The notes beneath the pieces were generated by a model. The model saw only the letters and a program-made list of their open reading frames with translations, did no database searches and had not been told where the DNA came from. From Candidatus Electrothrix sp. GW3-4 (GTDB lineage Bacteria > Desulfobacterota > Desulfobulbia > Desulfobulbales > Desulfobulbaceae), in NCBI RefSeq assembly GCF_037902255.1, contig NZ_CP147990.1, positions 1,920,001 to 1,952,000 of the forward strand: a DNA stretch of 32,000 nt, in the 5' to 3' direction. The position numbers and the translations under genes are program-made. How positions within the stretch are numbered: the first letter of the stretch is position 1; the number at the start of each line of letters is the position of its first letter. Positions 19,050 through 27,328 of this stretch are shown here, piece after piece.

Positions 19050-19173
19050 GACTGCTGCGTCACTGGAGAAGAACAACTCAAAGGTTCTACCTGCTGACAG
19101 GTCATTGTACTAAAGGAAGATCAGGATCAATTGGAAGTGAAGTTCTTAAGGCACTTAATCTGGAGACTACCAT

Positions 19174-20097
19174 ATGGCACGAAAACTCATCAGCTTCGAC
19201 TGGGCCATGAAAAAGCTCCTGCGGAGCAAGGCCAATTTCGACATCCTGGAAGGTTTTCTCAGCGAACTCCTGAAAGAGGATATCCATATTCTGGAAATCC
19301 TTGAGAGCGAAGGCAATCAGGAAGAAGAGCAGGACAAGTTCAACAGGGTGGACCTGAAGGTCAGGAATCAGAACAATGAATTAATGATTATTGAGGTACA
19401 GTACGACCGCGAGCTTGATTACCTCCAGCGTATTCTCTTCGGCACTTCCAAAGTCATCACAGAGCATCTTCAGGAAGGCGATCCCTATTCCGCTGTGGTC
19501 AAAGTAATCTCCGTAAATATCCTTTACTTTGATCTCGGTCAGGGAACAGATTATGTCTATCACGGCTCAACTTCTTTTCAAGGTATTCACAACCAGGATA
19601 TTCTTCAACTGTCAGAAAAGCAGCAGGCCCTTTATCAGAAGCAGGAAGTGTATCAGATTTTTCCAGAATATTACCTTATCAAGGTGAATAGTTTCAACGA
19701 TATTGCCAAGGACAGCTTGGATGAATGGATATATTTCCTCAAAAATGAGGAGATCAAAGAGGAATTTCAGGCTAGAGGTCTAAGGAAAGCCAAACACGAG
19801 CTTGACATCATGAAACTTCCTGATAATGAGCGACGAGCCTACGAACGGCATCGGGAGAATCTGCATTACCGGGCAAGCATGTTTGAAACCTCCTATACTG
19901 CCGCTGTGTTGGAAGGAAGAATTGAGGGAAAGAAAGAAGGATTAAAAGAAGGGGAACAACGGGGAGAAAAGAAAAAAGCCCTGCAAGTCGCACGGAAGCT
20001 TCTTCAAGCTGGCACATTGGATATCAAAACCATTGCAGATATGACAGAACTGACAGAGGAAGAAGTCAGAGCTTTGCAGACAGAGAATGACGATTAA
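19174..20097 (+). mobile_element. Rpn-family recombination-promoting nuclease / PD-(D/E)XK putative transposase (Transposase_31-like)
   Basis: N-terminal FDWAMKKLL..ILEGFLSELL and DLKVRN...IIEVQ (PD-(D/E)XK core), with a C-terminal charged helical tail, as in the TIGR01784/RpnA-like family (motif recall). Confidence 0.8.
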
Positions 20098-20118
20098 CCT
20101 TTTTGCAAGGCGTTTGTA

Positions 20119-20625
20119 ATGATTCACAACGATATTATCGCTCTCCTTAGCCTCGAACCCCATCCCTACGAAGGCGGCTATTTCCGCAGAACCTACGAAT
20201 CCGACCTGTCCTGCAACACGAAAAACGGTAGCAGAATGCTGCTGACCTCCATCTATTTTTTGCTAACGAAGGACAGCCCTATCGGTTGCTTATGCAGAAA
20301 CAAGTCCGACATCATCCATTATCACCATATCGGCGCATCCATTAAATACACCATTGTTTCCCCGGAAGGGGTGCTTTCCGAAAAGATTCTCGGTCCCCAT
20401 CTTGCCGATGGAGAAACTCTGCAATTGCTGGTTCCCGGCGGTTGGTGGAAGGCATCGCGACTATGCCCTGGTGACTGCGATTATGGGCTGATCAGTGAAG
20501 CTGTCTCGCCGGGTTTTGAATACGCGGATAACGATATTGCTACGGAAGAACAGATCCAACAGCTTTTCCCGGATATACACCCGATGCTGGCCGAGTACAT
20601 TAAACGGAGTTCAACCTATCCATAA
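20119..20625 (+). CDS. cupin-fold protein, DUF985 family
   Basis: The N-terminal LxxHPEGGYFRxTY-type motif (HPYEGGYFRRTYES) and a size of about 170 aa are typical for DUF985 cupins. Confidence 0.7.
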   Translation: MIHNDIIALLSLEPHPYEGGYFRRTYESDLSCNTKNGSRMLLTSIYFLLTKDSPIGCLCRNKSDIIHYHHIGASIKYTIVSPEGVLSEKILGPHLADGETLQLLVPGGWWKASRLCPGDCDYGLISEAVSPGFEYADNDIATEEQIQQLFPDIHPMLAEYIKRSSTYP

Positions 20626-20645
20626 TCTTTCTTTTTCCAACCATT

Positions 20646-21692
20646 ATGAGCGAAAACAGATTACTTGACGCAAATATTAATCGTTCTGCTGAAGGACTCC
20701 GGGTTCTGGAAGACATTGCCCGCTTCCGCCTGGATAATCAACGGCTTTCCGCCGCCATCCGCAGTCTGCGCCACAGGGTACGGGACCTGTTCAAAGGCCG
20801 AGAGCACTCCCTGCTGGCGGCAAGAAATGCCAGCGCCGATGTGGGACAAACCACCTCTCAGCAGGAGACCGGCTCAGATCAGCGTAACGACCTGAGGGAC
20901 ACAGTACTGTCGAATTTTAAACGAGTCCAGGAGGCCAGTAGGAGCATAGAAGAAATTCTCAAGACCAAGGGAGAGTACACTGCGGGCAAGATCGTGGAAG
21001 AGTTGCGTTTTTCCGTGTACGAGCTGGAAGTAGAGTTGATGTCCTTCTTCAGTCGTCAATTACCAGCTGGGATCTATGGTATCTTGGGGGAAAAATTTTC
21101 TTTGGGACGCAGCAATGTGCAGGTGGCTCAGGAGATGGTAGATGCCGGAATCTCGGTGCTCCAGTACCGGGAAAAACTCAAGGACAAGAGCATTAAGGCC
21201 ATCTATGAGGAATGCCTAGCTATTCGTCAGATTACCCGCGATGCAGGTGTGCCCTTTATCGTGAACGATTATGCTGATATTGCCCTGATGGTGGAGGCGG
21301 ACGGGATTCACCAGGGACAGGATGATATTCCCATTAAGGCCCTGCGCCAAATTGCCCCGGATATGATCCTTGGCTGCTCCACCCACTCCCCGGCACAGGC
21401 TCAACAGGCTATTGATGATGGAGCAGATTATATCGGGGTGGGCCCAATCTTTACCACCCAAACCAAGGAAGATGTCTGCGCGGCTGTAGGGCTGGAATAT
21501 CTGGACCATGTGATCAAGCATCACGATATTCCCTTTGTTGCGATAGGAGGCATTAAACGAAATAATCTTGCCCAGGTGCTTGAGCGAGGGGCTAAGACCG
21601 TGTGCTTGGTCACTGAGATCATCGGAGCCGAGGATATTGGAAAACGAATCAAAGAAATTCAGGAAATTTTTAACGCAGGAGAAGAGAGATGA
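20646..21692 (+). CDS. thiE: thiamine-phosphate synthase with an N-terminal extension of about 140 aa
   Basis: The C-terminal 210 aa carry ThiE blocks: LQYREK, FIVNDYADIA, DGIHQGQDD, GCSTHS, DYIGVGPIFTT, VAIGGI. I do not recognise the N-terminal part. Confidence 0.88.
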   Translation: MSENRLLDANINRSAEGLRVLEDIARFRLDNQRLSAAIRSLRHRVRDLFKGREHSLLAARNASADVGQTTSQQETGSDQRNDLRDTVLSNFKRVQEASRSIEEILKTKGEYTAGKIVEELRFSVYELEVELMSFFSRQLPAGIYGILGEKFSLGRSNVQVAQEMVDAGISVLQYREKLKDKSIKAIYEECLAIRQITRDAGVPFIVNDYADIALMVEADGIHQGQDDIPIKALRQIAPDMILGCSTHSPAQAQQAIDDGADYIGVGPIFTTQTKEDVCAAVGLEYLDHVIKHHDIPFVAIGGIKRNNLAQVLERGAKTVCLVTEIIGAEDIGKRIKEIQEIFNAGEER

Positions 21693-22969
21693 GAGAGTAT
21701 ACCACCCAAATGGATGCGGCCAGCAAGGGAATCGTGACCCCGCAGATAGCTGAAGTTCTGAGAAATGAGGCTATTTCCAAGCAAGACCTTATGGATCGCC
21801 TGGCCAAGGGACATATTGCGATCCCGGCTAATCGGAATCATAAGAATCTTCGGGCTGGCGGAGTTGGCCAGGGCCTAAAGACCAAGATCAACGTGAACTT
21901 AGGCGTATCCAAGGATGTCTGCTCCTTTGACGGCGAGATGAACAAGGCCCAGTTAGCCCTGGATTTCAAGGCCGATGCCATCATGGATCTCAGTGTGTCC
22001 GGTGACACCGAGGGTTTCAGGAAACGATTGGTCAAGGAGGTTCCCGTGATGATCGGGACCGTGCCCATCTACGACACCCTGACCCGAACCGGCAAAGCCA
22101 CTGAGGAACTCACCCTGGATGACTGGTTTAGGACCGTGGAGATCCATGCGGAAAACGGTATTGATTTTATCACCATCCATGCTGGCCTAACCAGTAAATG
22201 TGTCCAAAGTATCACGACCAATCCTCGCCTCTGTGGGATCGTGAGCCGGGGCGGCTCCATCCTCTTTGAGTGGATCAAGAAGACCGGAACGGAAAATCCT
22301 TTTTATGAGCATTTTGACCGTCTGCTGGATATTTGTGAAAAACATGATGTTTGTATCAGCCTGGGCGATGGCCTGCGGCCTGGTGCTATCAAGGACTCTA
22401 CCGATGCCCCCCAGATTGAGGAGCTGATCACCCTGGGCGAGCTCACCAAGCAGGCCTGGGAACGCAAGGTGCAGGTGATGATTGAAGGGCCCGGTCATGT
22501 GCCCCTGCACGAGGTCGAAATGAATATGAAGCTCCAGAAAAAGCTCTGTCATAATGCCCCATTTTATGTACTCGGACCGCTGGTCACCGATATTGCTCCG
22601 GGCTATGACCATATCACCTCTGCCATTGGTGGGGCCCTGGCTGCCATGCACGGGGCCGATTTCCTTTGCTATGTCACCCCGGCAGAGCATCTGCGCCTGC
22701 CTTCTGCCGATGACGTGAAGGAGGGTATCATTGCCTCCAAGATTGCCGCCCATGCTGGCGACCTGGCCAAAGGTATTCCCGGAGCCATTGACCGCGACAA
22801 TGCCATGAGCAAGGCACGGGGTGCGTTGGATTGGGATGGGCAGTTTGCCCAGGCCCTTGATCCGGAAAAGGCCCAGGCCTATCGGGATTCTTCCAAGCCT
22901 AAGGACGGCGATGTCTGCACCATGTGCGGGGATTTCTGTGCTGTCAAGCGGGTGGAAGGCTTGCTGTAG
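21689..22969 (+). CDS. thiC: phosphomethylpyrimidine synthase (short-form ThiC), radical SAM
   Basis: ThiC blocks include NxNLGxS, DxxMDLS, GTVPIYD, ITIHAG, MIEGPGHVP and the C-terminal CTMCGDFCA cluster motif. ATGA overlap with thiE. Confidence 0.95.
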   Translation: MREYTTQMDAASKGIVTPQIAEVLRNEAISKQDLMDRLAKGHIAIPANRNHKNLRAGGVGQGLKTKINVNLGVSKDVCSFDGEMNKAQLALDFKADAIMDLSVSGDTEGFRKRLVKEVPVMIGTVPIYDTLTRTGKATEELTLDDWFRTVEIHAENGIDFITIHAGLTSKCVQSITTNPRLCGIVSRGGSILFEWIKKTGTENPFYEHFDRLLDICEKHDVCISLGDGLRPGAIKDSTDAPQIEELITLGELTKQAWERKVQVMIEGPGHVPLHEVEMNMKLQKKLCHNAPFYVLGPLVTDIAPGYDHITSAIGGALAAMHGADFLCYVTPAEHLRLPSADDVKEGIIASKIAAHAGDLAKGIPGAIDRDNAMSKARGALDWDGQFAQALDPEKAQAYRDSSKPKDGDVCTMCGDFCAVKRVEGLL

Positions 22970-22980
22970 TTTTTTCCCAT

Positions 22981-23016
22981 CGACTGCCGGAGCGTGCAAT
23001 CTAGGCCCGGCAGTCG
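22981..23016 (+). terminator. inverted repeat after thiC (possible terminator)
   Basis: 10-bp arms CGACTGCCGG / CCGGCAGTCG with a 16-nt loop. There is no immediate T-run, though T-rich sequence follows about 15 nt later. Confidence 0.35.
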
Positions 23017-23279
23017 GCTTGCGAGGTTATGCTTTTCTTTTCATCGCGTTTCCCTTATCGTGCTCCTATACAAAACTATCTCACCAGCTCAGGGCCACCC
23101 ACTGAGTATAAATACATCCAGGCTACTTATCGCAAGGAGTACACCTTGACTAGCATAGCCCCTCCCTGAGCTACCTCTGTAAGCAGCAGGGCGATTTTGC
23201 AGCAGAAGGTGTGCATAGGCCCTGCTCTGCTGATTGCGGCTAATTCGTCCCTTGCCCAACGGATTTCTAAAAAATATCT

Positions 23280-23309
23280 TTGGACATCCTTCCAAATTTA
23301 TTATACAAT
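23280..23309 (+). promoter_or_regulatory. candidate sigma70 promoter for the AAA-FGE operon
   Basis: TTGGAC (23280-23285), 18-nt spacer, TACAAT (23304-23309). This would give a leader of about 190 nt. Confidence 0.3.
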
Positions 23310-23499
23310 TTTCTTAAATATTACCTTCATGACTACTGAACAAAAAGCTTCTCTTTCGTCTTTTTAACGTAGGACAGGAGCCTTACAGGTTCAGTTTTTG
23401 TTATCCCGGCCTGCCGGGATAAGGGGGTATTATAGACATATCAATCCCTCTAAATAACGTACAGAGCAGGCGAGTAATCAGAAACAAGGTGAGCGGAAT

Positions 23500-24804
23500 A
23501 TGAGCAGCGATGGGCCCCGCCCTCAAAAAATAAGGGTTGGCCAACGTATAAAACTCAATCGATGTCAATCCTGGGATGAGAGCTTTCATATCTTTGATGA
23601 AGAGTCCGCCTTTGCCATAGAAATGGCCTTGGCTACCGGGCGACCTCTCCTGGTCCGAGGAGAACCGGGCAGCGGCAAAAGCCAGTTAGCCCAGGCAGCG
23701 GCCCAGGAACTGGATCGTTATTTTATCGCGGAAAGCATCACTGTCGCTTCTGAAGGGCGCGACCTCCTTTGGAAATATGACCCCGTGGCTCGTCTGAGTG
23801 AGGCCCAGACCCGGGCTGCGGAATCAGCCCTGAGGCAACAGCGAAGAATTCTCCGCCGGGAAGGACAAGAGATGCAGGCACTGGCTGCTGAAGTGGCTTC
23901 CACGCAACAATCCAACACTTCCCAAAAAAAGAAAATCGCCCGGCATAGAAAAAAGAAATCATCCCGCCAGAGGAGCAAAAAAAATTACCAGTTCAACAGG
24001 AGTACTGTTCCCAAAACGATCACTCGGATTGAGATTCCTGCGGTAAAAGACCAGGAGTACGGCCTGCGTCCGGGTAATTTTATCAGTCCCGGTGTCCTAT
24101 GGTGGGTTTTTGATTGTGTCTCTGCCTATAAGCAGTACAAAAGATGCCGCTATCCTTTTTATAAACCAGGATTTCTCTATGAGGAAATCAACGAGCTTGA
24201 GACTGCCGATCGCGGTTTTGTCCTGCTGATAGATGAAATTGACAAAGCCGATCCCTCCCTGCCCAACACCCTTCTTGAAGTATTAGGAAATAGTGGCTTT
24301 CACGTGCCCATGCTTGATGAGTCTGTCGGCATGGCGCCAGGGATAAAGAAACCGCTGGTGATTATTACAACCAACGGGGAAGAAGAGCTCCCTGCCGCCT
24401 TTGTCCGACGCTGCCTGGTTCTCAATCTCCATGTTGATGACAAGCAATACCTCCGTACCTGGTGGAAACAGCAGGTGGAAACAGCAGCGCTGCCCTCGAC
24501 CTCAGAGGATTTGTCTCAGGAAAAAATGCTTATTCTTTGGTTGATCCAACGGGCGGAGGTTCATTTTGAAGGTATCTTCACTGATAAAGTCAAGATAAAG
24601 GCCGCCCAATTACTCGTCAAAGATCGTCGGGCAGCACAGCGATTTGGTGGGGTGAAACCAGGGCAGGCAGAATTTCTCGATCTCCTCAGGGCCTTGCGGG
24701 ATATGCCTGTGCCCAAGTATTCAGGAGAAGCCTTGGAACAATACCAGTTGGCCTTATTGAAAAAAATCAGTCGCTATGCACTGGCAAAGTCGGTTGCAGA
24801 CTGA
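23500..24804 (+). CDS. MoxR/AAA_5-like AAA+ ATPase with a K/R/Q-rich low-complexity insertion
   Basis: Walker A GEPGSGKS (23659-23682), Walker B VLLIDEIDKAD, sensor-1 VIITTN, FVRRC arginine. About 70 aa of QQRRILRRE...QKKKIARHRKKKSSRQRSKK lie between Walker A and B (about 23800-24000). Confidence 0.8.
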   Translation: MSSDGPRPQKIRVGQRIKLNRCQSWDESFHIFDEESAFAIEMALATGRPLLVRGEPGSGKSQLAQAAAQELDRYFIAESITVASEGRDLLWKYDPVARLSEAQTRAAESALRQQRRILRREGQEMQALAAEVASTQQSNTSQKKKIARHRKKKSSRQRSKKNYQFNRSTVPKTITRIEIPAVKDQEYGLRPGNFISPGVLWWVFDCVSAYKQYKRCRYPFYKPGFLYEEINELETADRGFVLLIDEIDKADPSLPNTLLEVLGNSGFHVPMLDESVGMAPGIKKPLVIITTNGEEELPAAFVRRCLVLNLHVDDKQYLRTWWKQQVETAALPSTSEDLSQEKMLILWLIQRAEVHFEGIFTDKVKIKAAQLLVKDRRAAQRFGGVKPGQAEFLDLLRALRDMPVPKYSGEALEQYQLALLKKISRYALAKSVAD

Positions 24805-24822
24805 GTTACGCCTGATTGCCCC

Positions 24823-27303
24823 ATGACGAGATTGAAGAGACAAGTCAGCAGGGCTGATATCCTTCGCTTGCTTGCGGTTTCGCGAACAGCTTCTGCTGAT
24901 GCTGCGGCAAAATTAGCCGGTTATATTCCTGAGCAAGGAAGCAACCAGTCTCAAGGGAAAAAGATTACTCGTTCACATATAGCCTCTCATGCACGGTCCC
25001 ATCGGGCCCAGCTTTCTTCCCTTAAGCTGGCTGAAAAAAAAGAAATCAGCCGCAACCTGCCTCTGGAGGCATTCTGGTATCTCTCAGAAAGAAAGGGGCT
25101 CAAAAAAACACTCCATCACTTGGCTGACCCGCAAGGACAGGCCACCTCAGAGGAAAGAAGGAGTATCCTGGCCGGAGCACTCCATAAGGTCAGGCCCCTG
25201 AGTGCCGAGGAACTCTCTGTAACGGAATTTACCCCCTGTCCTGGAGCCCCCTTGCCTGCTTGCCAACATACCGTTGCCAATCCACCACAGACTCAGGTGC
25301 AAAAACAAGCTCCCTTTGAGCCAGATATAGAAAGCCTTGTCACCTCAACCTCTGAATTCATTGCTCTTCATTGCCAGAAAAGTAAACAAACAAGGGAAAC
25401 TCCCTGCAAAACAAGAGCTGAAAAAAAGAGGACGCTCCGTTTTCAACGCCGTCTGCGTCGTCTGCTCGGTTTGCTGTCAGTAGCCACGTATATTGAACCT
25501 TCTTTACTACAAGAAGTTGTTCGTCTCATCCCCTCTTCTCTCCCCGATATTGCCACAGAGACAGCCCTTCAATGGCATCCAGATATTGAGCGGGACAGCA
25601 AAAACCATCTTGAGCTCCGGCCTGAAAAAAAAAGCGTTTATCACCAGATTTTTGCCCAGGAAACATCTCCACTCCAGGCCGAGATGCTGGGGTTATTGCG
25701 CCAGCGCGATGCAACGAGTTCCCCGTTTCTTTTTGCCCTGGAACTCCTTCCGGTTTTGCCTCTTCTTCACTCTACCACTCTGCAGAAACAGATTACTGTA
25801 TGGCTGGAGGCATTTATATTGCGCTTTGTCCGTACTTGGTTTGAGCGCCAAGAGGACAGGACTCTCATTAAGCAGGCTGAGCAACTCCTTGATCTCATGG
25901 AAAGGCTGCCCAAAGAACACAAAAGGCCATTGACAGCACGTTCCTTTCTCTACGGCATCGTGCATCGGAACGCCCTGCGGACCGGTGAAACCCTCCCTGC
26001 GGAATATAATCCAGAAGCAGTTATTCAGACAGTCCAGAAGTTGATGTCACCGGTCCGCTATCAGGTCCTGCAACAGGGAGAACGGTTTTTTCTCTATCCA
26101 AGCGATGAAATAGCCTTACTCCAGCTACCAGGAAGCCCTCTTGTTGAACTTGAATTGTCTGTGGATTGTCTCCTGTTGTATAAGGGGGGGATGGCCACCC
26201 TGCCTGTCCGGCCAGGAGAGTTGGTGTATGACTGCACAGGTCAGGAGGAAGCTTTCTTTGTACAAACCCCAACAGAACAGCTCGTTTTCAACAGCTGTTT
26301 TCGTCCTTCTTGGGCGCAGGCCATAGGCCGCCACACCAAGGGGTTCTTTGTCGATGCCCCTTGGCTTGGCAAAACATATCGTTTAACCTGGAAAAACAGC
26401 ACAGGTGAGGGGCCAGGAAGGTGGATTGGTAACGGGGATCTGCAAACAGATCAGCATGGTCTCTTTGTTGATCTCAAAATTAAGAAGCAGGTGATACAAC
26501 GGTTCCGGAGGATCATCCCTGATTGGTTTATGATGGGCTCTCCGGAGGATGAACCGGAACGGGAAAGCTGGGGCAAGGAATCATTACATGAGGTCATTTT
26601 GACCAAGGGATTCTGGGTTGCTGACACCGCAGTGACCCAAAGGCTATGGCAGGCGGTTGTCGGTGATAATCCCAGTCGTTTCCAAGGAGTTGACCACCCT
26701 GTCGAACAGGTCAGTTATCACGATGCACTCTTTTTTCTCCAGCGCCTGAATGCGCTTATCCCAGGAGTTAGGGCCCGTTTACTGACAGAGGCGGAGTGGG
26801 AATACTGTTGCCGAGCAGGTACTGCTACCCCTTTTTCTTTTGGGACCTGCATTACTCCTGATCAGGTGAACTATAATGGTCAATACCCTTATCACACAGG
26901 GTCCATGGGAAGAAACAGGCAACAATCTGTTACCGTCAGATCATTCCCCTGCAATGCCTGGGGATTATTTGAAATGCATGGCAATGTCTGGGAGTGGTGT
27001 CAGGATTACTGGCAGGAAGATCTCTTTTCTGAAGAACCCCAACGGGATCCGCAAGGACCAGAAAACGGTGAGTTCCAAGTCGTACGAGGCGGATCTTGGT
27101 TTTTGGCCGGTCGCGGAGTCCGTTCAGCCGTTCGCGGCAAGTTTGCCCCGCATTTCCGCAACTCGCGTATCGGTTTTCGCATTGCTCTGACCCCGAAAGA
27201 AGAGAGAGACAAGGGGCAGAAACCTTCTCTTCATGCGCCCAAAGCAGCACCCCGACCAAGCCACCTTGAGGAGATGCTGAGCTGGTTCAGGGCCAAGTCA
27301 TAA
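24823..27303 (+). CDS. 826-aa protein: unrecognised N-terminal region of about 560 aa plus a C-terminal FGE-sulfatase (SUMF1/EgtB/PvdO-like) domain
   Basis: The C-terminal domain (about 26500-27190) carries MGSPEDEPER, HEVILTKGFWVADTAVTQ, PVEQVSYHDA, LLTEAEWEYCCRAGT, NAWGLFEMHGNVWEWCQD, VVRGGSW and IGFRIAL. It begins 18 nt after the ATPase gene. Confidence 0.8.
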   Translation: MTRLKRQVSRADILRLLAVSRTASADAAAKLAGYIPEQGSNQSQGKKITRSHIASHARSHRAQLSSLKLAEKKEISRNLPLEAFWYLSERKGLKKTLHHLADPQGQATSEERRSILAGALHKVRPLSAEELSVTEFTPCPGAPLPACQHTVANPPQTQVQKQAPFEPDIESLVTSTSEFIALHCQKSKQTRETPCKTRAEKKRTLRFQRRLRRLLGLLSVATYIEPSLLQEVVRLIPSSLPDIATETALQWHPDIERDSKNHLELRPEKKSVYHQIFAQETSPLQAEMLGLLRQRDATSSPFLFALELLPVLPLLHSTTLQKQITVWLEAFILRFVRTWFERQEDRTLIKQAEQLLDLMERLPKEHKRPLTARSFLYGIVHRNALRTGETLPAEYNPEAVIQTVQKLMSPVRYQVLQQGERFFLYPSDEIALLQLPGSPLVELELSVDCLLLYKGGMATLPVRPGELVYDCTGQEEAFFVQTPTEQLVFNSCFRPSWAQAIGRHTKGFFVDAPWLGKTYRLTWKNSTGEGPGRWIGNGDLQTDQHGLFVDLKIKKQVIQRFRRIIPDWFMMGSPEDEPERESWGKESLHEVILTKGFWVADTAVTQRLWQAVVGDNPSRFQGVDHPVEQVSYHDALFFLQRLNALIPGVRARLLTEAEWEYCCRAGTATPFSFGTCITPDQVNYNGQYPYHTGSMGRNRQQSVTVRSFPCNAWGLFEMHGNVWEWCQDYWQEDLFSEEPQRDPQGPENGEFQVVRGGSWFLAGRGVRSAVRGKFAPHFRNSRIGFRIALTPKEERDKGQKPSLHAPKAAPRPSHLEEMLSWFRAKS

Positions 27304-27328
27304 TCCCCCACACCATTGCGGAACCACG

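Noticed and set aside
19047-19097. The SelO gene ends ...TYCGT followed by TGA. The frame then continues for 15 codons (DCCVTGEEQLKGSTC) to a second TGA. Because eukaryotic SelO is a selenoprotein with a C-terminal Sec, I considered Sec read-through.
   Set aside because: As far as I recall, bacterial SelO homologues end at about this point with a Cys-containing tail. There is no convincing hairpin at SECIS distance; the only one is a 5-bp stem about 40 nt away. The extension has no recognisable conservation. Checking orthologue alignments would settle it.
23401-23422. A perfect inverted repeat TTATCCCGGC-CT-GCCGGGATAA in the leader of the AAA ATPase gene.
   Set aside because: It is real in the sequence, but it has no flanking T-run on either strand, so it is not a terminator. 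I cannot assign it as an operator without comparative data, so it is noted only as a possible protein-binding site.
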